DNA from: an uncultured Aliarcobacter sp.
Lineage (GTDB): Bacteria; Campylobacterota; Campylobacteria; Campylobacterales; Arcobacteraceae
Direction: 5' to 3'
Length of the DNA stretch: 64,000 nt
NCBI GenBank assembly: GCA_963677435.1
Contig: OY781945.1
Coordinates: 544,001 to 608,000, forward strand
Shown: piece after piece, positions 49,685 to 58,594 of the stretch
Layout: the number at the start of each line of letters is the position of its first letter
Numbering within the stretch: the stretch's first letter is position 1
Position numbers and translations under genes: made by a program
The notes under the pieces: model-generated
Seen by the model: the letters and a program-made list of their open reading frames with translations, nothing else
Databases searched by the model: none
What the model was told of the DNA's origin: nothing

Positions 49685-49760
49685 TTCAAGTATATTCTTT
49701 AATTTAATATTTCAGTAGTTCACTAACTCCATGGGGGATAAAATTTATAAAGGTTTTTTA

Positions 49761-50216
49761 TTAGGTTCTTAATTGAGTAACTTTTTCTTTAGCATTCTGT
49801 GTTCTAACTTCAGCTGCAACTTCTTTATCAACTATTGTTTGACCAATTGGAAAAAGTGCAATACCTGCAAGTTTTAAATGTTGAATTCCAAAGGGAATAC
49901 CTATGATAGTTATGAAACAAAATATTGCACTAGCAATGTGTGCTATTGCTAAGCATAATCCAAATAGTAAAAACCAAATGATATTGCCAATTACACCAAA
50001 TCCACTTGTTCCAATATCTTCTGTTTGATGCAACTCTTTTCTACTAATAGCTTCTTTACCAAATGGAAAGAAAGTAAATTGTCCTATTACAAAACAAGCT
50101 TTAGCCCAAGGTATTCCAATGATTGATATGAAACAAATCAAACCCATTATCCACCAAAGAATTCCCATAAAAACTCCACCTAAAATAAACCATAAAAAAT
50201 TGCCAAGTATTCTCAT
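49761..50216 (-). CDS. yccF: YccF-family inner-membrane protein
   Basis: Duplicated motif GN..WF..GG...IIGIP(W/F)...PFG/PIG. Confidence 0.9.
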   Translation of the reverse strand: MRILGNFLWFILGGVFMGILWWIMGLICFISIIGIPWAKACFVIGQFTFFPFGKEAISRKELHQTEDIGTSGFGVIGNIIWFLLFGLCLAIAHIASAIFCFITIIGIPFGIQHLKLAGIALFPIGQTIVDKEVAAEVRTQNAKEKVTQLRT

Positions 50217-50416
50217 TTTGCTTTTCCCATTTTTAATGTAACTGATAGTATATCTTTTTCCAAATTATGAATAAAATTTTTAAAATATTTTCTTCTTATT
50301 TAAAAGAACAAGTAAAAGCAATTTAATTAATCGCACTTAGAAATCTTGGATTTTAAATATCATATATTCTCTCACGGAACACTTAATGAAAGCTAATAAA
50401 AAAATAAGGAGTATTT

Positions 50417-50617
50417 ATGAAATACCATGTAGTAGTTGAAGAATTATGCGAATGCGCAAAAAGAAAAAATATGCCTCAAATAAAATCATTTGATGATAAA
50501 GATAGTGCACATAGAATAGCACGAGCTTGGGCAAATGAATTAAATGAAACATTTTGTGGTGAACATGAGTTTGCTGTAACTGAAGTAGATGATAACTATG
50601 TTATTTCTGCTGGGTAA
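50417..50617 (+). CDS. Small CxC...FCxxHEF protein, paralog of 3251..3490
   Basis: AAGGAG RBS; CEC and FCGEHEF motifs at the same spacing as in 3251..3490. Confidence 0.75.
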   Translation: MKYHVVVEELCECAKRKNMPQIKSFDDKDSAHRIARAWANELNETFCGEHEFAVTEVDDNYVISAG

Positions 50618-50850
50618 GTTATTCCTAGTAATATTTAATCTACTAAATTAAATAACTTTTATAAATTTAAAATATAGAATAGCTAGTATTTTATAAGCAG
50701 CTATTGGCATTTGTAACTTAATCTAATTAAGTGTATTTTTTACACAAATCTTTATAATATATGTTAATAAAATACAAAAAAAAATTAATTTTTGATATTA
50801 TATTATTTGATATATAATTTGTAATAGTAAGCTTAATTTAGGAAACACAA

Positions 50851-52854
50851 ATGTCAGATAAAATATATATATTATACATAGAAGATGATAAAACTGTTGC
50901 AGATTCTGTTTCAAGAACTTTGAAACTTTTAAATGAAAACGTATTTACTGCATATAATGGCGAAGAAGCCTTAATTATTATAGAAAAAAATCCAATAGAC
51001 ATAATTATTACAGATATTAGAATGCCCAAACTTGATGGTATAGGTCTTATTGAAAAATTAAGAGATAAAAATTTAGATATACCTGTTGTAATTACTACAG
51101 CTTTTAATGAAATTGATTATTTGAAAAAAGCTATAGATTTAAGTGTAGAGAGTTTTATTGAAAAACCTATTGATTTGAAAAAGCTTTTAGGAATAGTATC
51201 AAAAATCTCACAAAGAGTTACAACAAAAAGAGAACTTGAGCGAAAAAAAATTCAAATAGAACATTTTAAAGAAGCGATTGGTAAAAGTAATCTTATTATT
51301 AGTACCACTAAAGATGGAGTTGTGAAAGATATAAATTATGATTCATTTTCAGATTTAAGTAATATAATAAATGAACATAAAATAGAGAATATCTCTTCAT
51401 TAATAGATGAGAAAAATTTAAAAATCATATATGAATATATAAATAAGTACGAAGTTTATAATAAAACAATAAATGTCAATTTTCAAGATAAAAAATATGT
51501 AGTAAATTTAACAGCTTTTGCATTAGAATCTGATTTTTTAGAGGTAACTGCAATAAGTTTTATATTCAAAGATATAAGTCTTGTAGTTAGAGAAAAAGAA
51601 GAAATTATAAGCTCTTTATATGTTGAGCCAATTACAAAACTTCAAAACAGGTCATCACTTATAAAATTTATGAATGATAGTAAAGATGATAATAATTCAT
51701 TAATAGTTCTTGATGTGGATAATTTTGGAAGATATATTAGTCTTTATGGTTATGAAATAGGGGATAAAATATTAAGAAATATAAGCTCAAAATTAGAAAG
51801 TTTTATAGAATTAAGTAAAAAACAGAATTTATTTATTTTCAAACTTGATAGTGATAAATTTGCAATATTATTAAAGTCAATAGTCAAAATTGAAGAAAAT
51901 GATTTAAGAACACTAGCAAATAATTTATTAAATTTTTTAGAATCTTCAATATTTTTAATAGATGATACACTTAATTTAGATCTTTCTTTTAGTCTTGGAG
52001 GATCGTATTTGGAACAATTTGATATTTTGACTGAGGCTTTAATTGCAAAAGATTTATCTAAAAATAGAAAATTAAATTATATGGACTTTTCAGAGGCAAG
52101 TGATACAAGGGAGAATTTTCAGAAAAATTTTGAACTTGAAAAAAAGATAAAAAATGCTTTTTTAAATGATGACATAATGACTTATTTTCAAACAATTGTT
52201 GATAAAGATAAAAATATAATAAAATATGAGGCTCTTGCACGGATATATGATAGAGAAGAAAATAGAATTTTAACTCCTTTTTTCTTTTTAGAAAGTGTCC
52301 AAAACTCAAAAAATTATACTAAATTCACAAAAACAATTATCAAAAAAGCAATAGAAGGAGAAGAACTTTTAAAAAAAGAAATTTCAATAAATTTATCTTA
52401 TGAAGATATTATAAATCCTGAAATTATTGAATATTTAGAAGATGTATTAAAACAACATAAATCTATTATCACTATTGAACTCTTGGAGAGTGAAGGATTA
52501 CGTGATATGGGGAAAACTATAAGTTTTTGTACCTTGATGAAAAGTTATGGGGCAAAAATTGCAATTGATGATTTTGGAAGTGGATACTCAAATTATGATT
52601 ATTTCTTATCTCTACCAATTGATAAATTAAAACTAGATGGTTCTTTAGTTAAAAAAGTTGGTGAATATAAAGGTTTTACTTTAATAGAATCTATTATTAG
52701 TTTTTGTAAAAAATGTGATATAAAAGTTGTAGCAGAATTTGTTGAAGATGAAAAAACCTTTAATATTTTGAAAAAGTTGGGTGTTAATTATTTCCAAGGT
52801 TACTATTTTAGTAAACCAAAATCATTAGATGAACTATTAAATGAGAGAAAATGA
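50851..52854 (+). CDS. Response regulator with receiver, PAS-like, degenerate GGDEF and EAL domains
   Basis: LYIEDD, TDIRMPKLDG, KPI; GGDEF position reads DSDKF; EALAR, DDFGSGYS, AEFVE, QGYY. Confidence 0.9.
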   Translation: MSDKIYILYIEDDKTVADSVSRTLKLLNENVFTAYNGEEALIIIEKNPIDIIITDIRMPKLDGIGLIEKLRDKNLDIPVVITTAFNEIDYLKKAIDLSVESFIEKPIDLKKLLGIVSKISQRVTTKRELERKKIQIEHFKEAIGKSNLIISTTKDGVVKDINYDSFSDLSNIINEHKIENISSLIDEKNLKIIYEYINKYEVYNKTINVNFQDKKYVVNLTAFALESDFLEVTAISFIFKDISLVVREKEEIISSLYVEPITKLQNRSSLIKFMNDSKDDNNSLIVLDVDNFGRYISLYGYEIGDKILRNISSKLESFIELSKKQNLFIFKLDSDKFAILLKSIVKIEENDLRTLANNLLNFLESSIFLIDDTLNLDLSFSLGGSYLEQFDILTEALIAKDLSKNRKLNYMDFSEASDTRENFQKNFELEKKIKNAFLNDDIMTYFQTIVDKDKNIIKYEALARIYDREENRILTPFFFLESVQNSKNYTKFTKTIIKKAIEGEELLKKEISINLSYEDIINPEIIEYLEDVLKQHKSIITIELLESEGLRDMGKTISFCTLMKSYGAKIAIDDFGSGYSNYDYFLSLPIDKLKLDGSLVKKVGEYKGFTLIESIISFCKKCDIKVVAEFVEDEKTFNILKKLGVNYFQGYYFSKPKSLDELLNERK

Positions 52855-54539
52855 GATTTTTAAATAGAGTTAATTATTTAGGTAAGTTTACTTCATTATT
52901 TATCCTTGCAGGTATTAGTTTATCAACAATAATACTTATTGCGCTTTTTGCAGAATTATCAAATTATCATCATTTATCAAATTTAGATAAGGCAAAATTT
53001 GAATATACAGAAAAGAAGAAGAATATAACAAAATTCTATGATCAGTATAAAAGGTTTTTAATCTCTTTAGATGAAAATACTCTTTTTCTTAAATATTTAA
53101 CAGAGCCAAATCAAGAAAATCAAGAAAATTTATTGAGTCTATTTGATACTTTAATTAATGATAAATTAGAAATAACTCAACTTAGATATATAGATGAATT
53201 TGGTAAAGAGAAAGTTAGAATAGACAGAAACTTTTATGGTGAGACTCCTAATATTATTTCAGAAGCTTCTTTACAAGATAAAAGTGATAGATTTTATTTC
53301 AAAGAGACTATGAATCTAAGTCAAAATATGATTTTTGTTTCAAAACTTGATTTAAATATAGAAAATGGGAAGATAGAAAAACCCATTAAACCTGTTTGGC
53401 GTTTTGCAATACCAATAATTTATGAAAATCAAAAACGTGGAATATTGATTGTAAATATTTTTGCAAATCAGTTTTTACAAGATTTGATTCAATCAAATAC
53501 TTTTAATATTGATATATTCGATCAAGATGAACAAATTTTGGTTTCAAGTTTTGAAAATAAAGCTCAATGGACAAAATATTTAGAAAAGATGCCTATATTA
53601 GAAAGAAATAATTTTATTTTAGAAGATGTATTAATTGATAATATAAATAGTGAAGTTTTAAAAATAGCATTTACTCCAAAAGATGGAGCATTAAGTTTTT
53701 TTAAATTTATAAATATTAAAATCATGATATTAATATTTGTAATTTTTATTATCTCTTTTATCCTAGCTTATTATTTAGCAAAAATACCAAAGAAATTATT
53801 TAATGAATTAGAAAGTCAACAAAAATTTATTTTGCAACAATCAAAACTCTCTGCAATGGGGGAGATGATAGGAATGATTGCCCATCAATGGAGACAACCT
53901 TTAAATGGAATTTCTGTACTTATTCAAGAAATAGAGATAAAAAAAGAGATGAATGTTTTGGATGATAAAGAGTTCAATTTTGCAATAACTAATATAAAAA
54001 ATACTTTGAATTATATGTCTCAAACAATAAATGATTTTAGAGACTTTTTTAAACCCACTAAAGGGAAAAGAGAGTTTAATTTTTTAGATAGTCTTTATCA
54101 ATCATTTGAGTTATCAAAAGTTAGATTAATGGATAAAAATATAGATTATGAGATTAATTATTCTAAAGATATTGATTTGAATTGTTTTTTAATTACATCT
54201 TATGAGAGTGAAATAAAACAAGTTTTTTTAAATTTGATAAATAATTCAGTTGATGCTTTTTTAAGTAAAAACATAGAAGAAAAAAGAATTATTGTAAATC
54301 TAAAGTGTGATGAAAATTTACTTAACATTGAATTTATTGACAATGCAGGAGGAATTAATGAGAATATATTAGAAAATATATTTGAACCATATAGTTCTTC
54401 TAAAGAGGCGCAGCATGGAACAGGATTAGGTTTATATTTATCAAAAATGATTATAGAAAAAAATATTAAAGGCACTATCTTAGCGCAGAATTTAAAAGAT
54501 GGAGCAATATTTAAAATCTCAATTCCTAAAATAAGATAA
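52851..54539 (+). CDS. Cache-domain sensor histidine kinase
   Basis: QLRYID..GKE.VR, LQDKSDRFYF, SKLDLNIE.G, IAHQWRQPL, DNAGGI, GTGLGLY. Confidence 0.9.
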   Translation: MRFLNRVNYLGKFTSLFILAGISLSTIILIALFAELSNYHHLSNLDKAKFEYTEKKKNITKFYDQYKRFLISLDENTLFLKYLTEPNQENQENLLSLFDTLINDKLEITQLRYIDEFGKEKVRIDRNFYGETPNIISEASLQDKSDRFYFKETMNLSQNMIFVSKLDLNIENGKIEKPIKPVWRFAIPIIYENQKRGILIVNIFANQFLQDLIQSNTFNIDIFDQDEQILVSSFENKAQWTKYLEKMPILERNNFILEDVLIDNINSEVLKIAFTPKDGALSFFKFINIKIMILIFVIFIISFILAYYLAKIPKKLFNELESQQKFILQQSKLSAMGEMIGMIAHQWRQPLNGISVLIQEIEIKKEMNVLDDKEFNFAITNIKNTLNYMSQTINDFRDFFKPTKGKREFNFLDSLYQSFELSKVRLMDKNIDYEINYSKDIDLNCFLITSYESEIKQVFLNLINNSVDAFLSKNIEEKRIIVNLKCDENLLNIEFIDNAGGINENILENIFEPYSSSKEAQHGTGLGLYLSKMIIEKNIKGTILAQNLKDGAIFKISIPKIR

Positions 54540-54638
54540 AATATTTACTTATCACGATTAATACACAATCAATCTGATATTATTCCACATTGTTTTTACA
54601 AAGACAAAATAAAAATTATGTACAAAAGGATTCAATCC

Positions 54639-54920
54639 ATGAAAAAAATTTTATTAGGTACTGCTGTAGCGATTTTATTATTAACAGGTTGTAACGAAGA
54701 AAAAAAACCTGCTCAAACTACTGAAACTACTCAAGATGTAAAAAAAGATGAAGTTGTTGCACCAACTACAACTACAGAAGCTACTGAAGAAGTAAAAAAA
54801 GATGAAGAAACTGCGCCAGCTGCAACTACTGAAGCGACAGAAGAAAAAGCATCAGAAGAGACTGCACCAGCTGCTACAGAAGCAACTGATGAAGTAAAAA
54901 AAGAAGAAGTAAGCAAATAA
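54639..54920 (+). CDS. Small acidic lipoprotein with internal repeats
   Basis: Start at ATG 54639 after AAGGA; lipobox LTGC; repeated VKK(D/E)E and AP(A/T)(A/T)T..EAT(E/D)E units. Confidence 0.8.
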   Translation: MKKILLGTAVAILLLTGCNEEKKPAQTTETTQDVKKDEVVAPTTTTEATEEVKKDEETAPAATTEATEEKASEETAPAATEATDEVKKEEVSK

Positions 54921-54939
54921 TTTTAAACTAATATTTAAA

Positions 54940-54969
54940 TATTCCGTGTTGTATATTTAACACGGAATA
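54940..54969. terminator. Probable bidirectional terminator hairpin
   Basis: TATTCCGTGTT-N8-AACACGGAATA between convergent genes. Confidence 0.6.
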
Positions 54970-54972
54970 GCT

Positions 54973-55941
54973 CTATAGAAAAACTCCATTTACAAAATAA
55001 TATCTAAGCAAATAAAAAGAACATAAAAATACAAAAATTGAATTAAATAAAATCGAATATCTAAAACTATAATCTAAATTTTTATTTGTAAATTTAGGCA
55101 CAACAAAACTTGCAATGGCAAAAAAAGTTCCCAAAAATAGTGTTGACCAGATAAAATATCCAATAAAACCATACTCTTTTTGAAGCATACAAAATGGACA
55201 TTGATGTGTAGGAAGTTGATAAATATATGTTGAGAAAAAATATGTAACAGCATAATATGCAATATATAAGAAAAATAGATTTATTATAAAATTTAACATT
55301 TTTTGTTTTTGAATGTTTGTAAAAATAGTTAAAACATAAATTAAATAAAATAGACCCACAAGCATAGAAGTTGATAGATTAAAAGGAATGTTATTCCCTG
55401 ATGAATTAACTCCAAATATCACAGAACAACACATTACAGGCTCTTTTGTTGAGATATTTGATAAATATAATATATCAAGAGTTGTTTCTATTAAAATCAA
55501 AGAAAATATAAAAATATAAAAAATAAATTTCTTTTTTGTATAAGGATAGGTTTTTTCTTTTAAATCTAAACTATTGATTATTAACCAAACTCCAATACAA
55601 AACAGAATGATTAGTTTTAATGCTAATAAAATTTCACCATAATTATTTGCTTTTATCACGCCAGCTGCACACATAGCTCCAGGAATTATATGTGATAAAC
55701 TATCTAAACTATAAGCAAAGTAGGGCATCAAAAATATTTTTACTACGAGAGTAAAAAAGATTATTAGTATTACTAAATATGAGGTTTTTTCAAGTTTATA
55801 TTGGGCTGATGTTGTTTTTTCATAATTCCATTTTTTGATTATAAAAATAGAGAAATAAAAAGCTATAAAAAGAAGAATAAATAAAATTGTTTGTGTAAAT
55901 AAATAGATAATTATCTCATTTGATAAAAGTATTTCACTCAC
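54973..55941 (-). CDS. Polytopic membrane protein with Cys/His motifs, part of the ABC operon
   Basis: PGAMCAAG, VMCCS and PTHQCPFC motifs; GTG start at 55941 after GGAG (ATG 55953 is also possible). Confidence 0.75.
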   Translation of the reverse strand: MSEILLSNEIIIYLFTQTILFILLFIAFYFSIFIIKKWNYEKTTSAQYKLEKTSYLVILIIFFTLVVKIFLMPYFAYSLDSLSHIIPGAMCAAGVIKANNYGEILLALKLIILFCIGVWLIINSLDLKEKTYPYTKKKFIFYIFIFSLILIETTLDILYLSNISTKEPVMCCSVIFGVNSSGNNIPFNLSTSMLVGLFYLIYVLTIFTNIQKQKMLNFIINLFFLYIAYYAVTYFFSTYIYQLPTHQCPFCMLQKEYGFIGYFIWSTLFLGTFFAIASFVVPKFTNKNLDYSFRYSILFNSIFVFLCSFYLLRYYFVNGVFL

Positions 55942-56605
55942 AAATTTCTCCATTTTTTATATTTATTATTTCATCTACAAAATCAAGATTATCAAATATT
56001 GGGTCGTGGGTTGCCACAATTATCGTTTTATTGAGATTTTTTAGAGTTCTTAGACTCTCAATAAAAATAAGAGAGTTATCATAATCTAAATTTGCTGTAG
56101 GTTCATCACAAAGAATAATCTCTGGGTTATTAACAATTGCTCTTGCAATTGCACATCTTTGTTTCTCTCCACCTGAAAGATTATAAACTAACTCATCTTT
56201 TTTGTGATTTATATTTGATAATTTCAAAGCTTTTAAAACCATATCATCAATTTGTGTTTGATTAAATCCTAAAGGAATTAAAGCAATAGAAACATTATCT
56301 TTTACACTTAATGTATTAAATAAGTTATATGATTGGAAAATAAAACCAAGTTTTTTTGCTCTAAAATTTGAAGCGTGCAAATCTGGAAGTTTTGCAATGT
56401 TTTCATTTTCAACTTGAATACTTCCACTTGTTGGTTTTGATAAAGTTCCAATAATTGATAAAAGCGTAGATTTCCCACTTCCACTTATTCCTTTTAGAAT
56501 AACACAAGATGAGTTTTTTATTTCTAGGTTGATATTTTTTAAAGCGTGAAATTCTCTTTTTGTATTTTCATTAAATATTTTATTTAGATTTGTGATTTTT
56601 ATCAT
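55934..56605 (-). CDS. ABC transporter ATP-binding protein (LolD/MacB-like)
   Basis: GISGSGKST, GFIFQ, LSGGEKQR, ILCDEPTANLD, ATHD. Confidence 0.93.
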   Translation of the reverse strand: MIKITNLNKIFNENTKREFHALKNINLEIKNSSCVILKGISGSGKSTLLSIIGTLSKPTSGSIQVENENIAKLPDLHASNFRAKKLGFIFQSYNLFNTLSVKDNVSIALIPLGFNQTQIDDMVLKALKLSNINHKKDELVYNLSGGEKQRCAIARAIVNNPEIILCDEPTANLDYDNSLIFIESLRTLKNLNKTIIVATHDPIFDNLDFVDEIINIKNGEICE

Positions 56606-57774
56606 TTCATACTCTCATTTGCATCAATTACAGATATTTTCCAAACAGGAATTAAAACAGCACTTAAAAAAGGAATTATAAAAAATAAAAATAGTGTTAC
56701 AAGGGTTGTGAAATCAACACTTGGATTTAAAATAAAATCATTTTGGACATTTGAAAAACCAATAAAAATATTTTTTAATATTGGAGCATTTAAAATAAAT
56801 ACAAAAATATATGAAATTATAACTCCAATAATAAAAGCCATAAATCCCACAATAAAGTTCTCAATAATTTTTAGTTTTATAATATCTTTTATACTCCAAC
56901 CAACTGCTTTTAAAATACCAATTTCTTTTTTATCATTTGAACTAATCATTGAATATCTTTGATATAAAATCAAAATGAAAGTAAATATAACAACTATAAA
57001 GAGAACTAAAAAAATCCCACCTTTATAGTTGAACATATTTTCATACTCTTTTTTTAGATTTTCTTTTTGCAAAATTCTAATATTTGAGTGTTTTAAAATA
57101 AGTTGTTCTTTTATATTTTGTCTCTCTAAATTATTTGGAACATTTAAAATAATATCTGTTGCTTCATCTTCTTTTATATTTAAAATCTTTTTTGCAAGAT
57201 TTATATCCATAATAATCAAATCATTTGCAACTAAATTTGACTCTTTTGGTAAATCTTTAAATATTTTCACATTTGCTGTAACATTGTTAAAAAGTTTAAA
57301 ATCATATGAATCAAAATAGTGATATTTATCAAATATTTTTTTAATTCCATTACCAATAATCATAGAGTCACTTTGTAAAAAATCAGAGATATTTAGAATT
57401 TTTAGAAGTTCTTTTAGGTTTGTATTCTCTTCAAATAAATCAATTCCAATAATTGTAAAATAAACATTTTCAGGCATAAAATAGTATGAACCATAAACTC
57501 TAGCTTGAGTATTTGTAACTCCATTTATTGAAGAGAAATCATCAATCCATGAAGTTGAAATATCTAAAATCTTTCCGCTGTTGATTTTTTGAATTACAAA
57601 ATCACTTTGATTATCTAAAGTAGAAAAAACTTCTTTTTTTAAACTATTAGAAATAAATAAAACACTAGAAATCAAAAAAACAATTAAAATTGAAATAATA
57701 AAAATTGCAATATGTTTCGATTTATGTTTTAAAAGTAAAAGAAATAAGAAATTAAAAAAAACACTATTTTTCAT
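56602..57774 (-). CDS. ABC transporter permease (FtsX/MacB-like)
   Basis: KKEIGILKAVGW motif; 1+3 TM layout; start placed at ATG 57774 (MKNSVFF) after GAGGA. Confidence 0.85.
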   Translation of the reverse strand: MKNSVFFNFLFLLLLKHKSKHIAIFIISILIVFLISSVLFISNSLKKEVFSTLDNQSDFVIQKINSGKILDISTSWIDDFSSINGVTNTQARVYGSYYFMPENVYFTIIGIDLFEENTNLKELLKILNISDFLQSDSMIIGNGIKKIFDKYHYFDSYDFKLFNNVTANVKIFKDLPKESNLVANDLIIMDINLAKKILNIKEDEATDIILNVPNNLERQNIKEQLILKHSNIRILQKENLKKEYENMFNYKGGIFLVLFIVVIFTFILILYQRYSMISSNDKKEIGILKAVGWSIKDIIKLKIIENFIVGFMAFIIGVIISYIFVFILNAPILKNIFIGFSNVQNDFILNPSVDFTTLVTLFLFFIIPFLSAVLIPVWKISVIDANESMK

Positions 57775-58021
57775 AAACAAAATCCTCATAACTAATTTGA
57801 GTTTGCATTGGAAATAGTTTATTTGTAGAATCTTTGTGCTCTTTGATTCTTGCTTCATAAATATTATTTGAGTAACTCAAGTTTGCTTGTTTTGTTATTG
57901 TGCTAATTTTTGTTGAGAAGTTAAGGTTGTTATTTAATTTAGAGTAAAAAAAAATAAAAAAAATAAAAGTGAATAAAAAGAATAAAATAAAAAAAATGAA
58001 TTTTTTTGATAATGTAGTAAT
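57764..58021 (-). CDS. Unannotated 85-aa membrane-anchored protein with a probable ATT start; first gene of the ABC operon
   Basis: Stop-free frame: (M)TTLSKKFIFFILFFLFTFIFFIFFYSKL...YEARIKEHKD...SYEDFVYEK*; GAGGAG 6 nt upstream; 3' end overlaps the permease start. Confidence 0.62.
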   Translation of the reverse strand: MTTLSKKFIFFILFFLFTFIFFIFFYSKLNNNLNFSTKISTITKQANLSYSNNIYEARIKEHKDSTNKLFPMQTQISYEDFVYEK

Positions 58022-58222
58022 AATAAACTCCTCTTAAAACTTAAGCATTTTATCTTCTTTTAGTTAAGTAATAGTTAAATAAATAATAGTACAATGCGGT
58101 TTTTTATATTCTTAATAATTATTTCAGACACCAAAAATCCCATAAAACAGGCACTTAAGTCTTATTTAAGTAATAATATATAATTAAAAGTATATAATTG
58201 CGCGAATATTTAAGGAGAAACA

Positions 58223-58594
58223 ATGCCAAATAAACAGCAAATTGATGAATTAAAAGCAATTTTAATTGAAAGAAAAGAGAATATTCTATCAAATATAAAC
58301 AATAGTAGAGCAAATATAGATCAGCTAAAAGAACAAGAAATTAATGACGAGTTAGATTATGCTGAACTAGTAAGTGATTCTTTTACAGAAGGTATGATTG
58401 CAAATCATCAAGTTGAAGAGTTTAAACAAATTGAAGATTCCCTTAAAAAAATAGATGCAGGAACTTATGGAATTTGTGATATGTGTGGAGTTGTTATTCC
58501 TTTAGGAAGACTAAAAGCAAAACCATTTGCAAAATTTTGTACTGAATGTAGAACAGTTTTTGAAAATGAATCTATGAAAAGAGCCAAAAATTGA
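58223..58594 (+). CDS. dksA: RNA polymerase-binding factor DksA
   Basis: DELDYA (DxxDxA) coiled-coil tip; YGICDMCG...RLKAKPFAKFCTEC zinc finger. Confidence 0.9.
   Translation: MPNKQQIDELKAILIERKENILSNINNSRANIDQLKEQEINDELDYAELVSDSFTEGMIANHQVEEFKQIEDSLKKIDAGTYGICDMCGVVIPLGRLKAKPFAKFCTECRTVFENESMKRAKN

Larger units (their letters stand above)
47569..49690. mobile_element. Decayed tRNA-Ser(GGA)-adjacent genomic island with immunity-like genes, an attC site and an integrase remnant
   Basis: Gene fragments, a frameshift, short repeats and a tyrosine-recombinase remnant between the tRNA 3' end and yccF; no clear tRNA 3'-end duplication, so the boundaries are approximate. Confidence 0.65.

Noticed and set aside
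49340..49760. attR-type duplication of a tRNA 3' end
   Set aside because: Only 6-7 nt matches (AAATCC, CTCTGCC) were found, consistent with chance.
57775..57858. N-terminal extension of the permease in the ORF track
   Set aside because: The RBS lies before ATG 57774, and the extension overlaps the upstream 85-aa gene.
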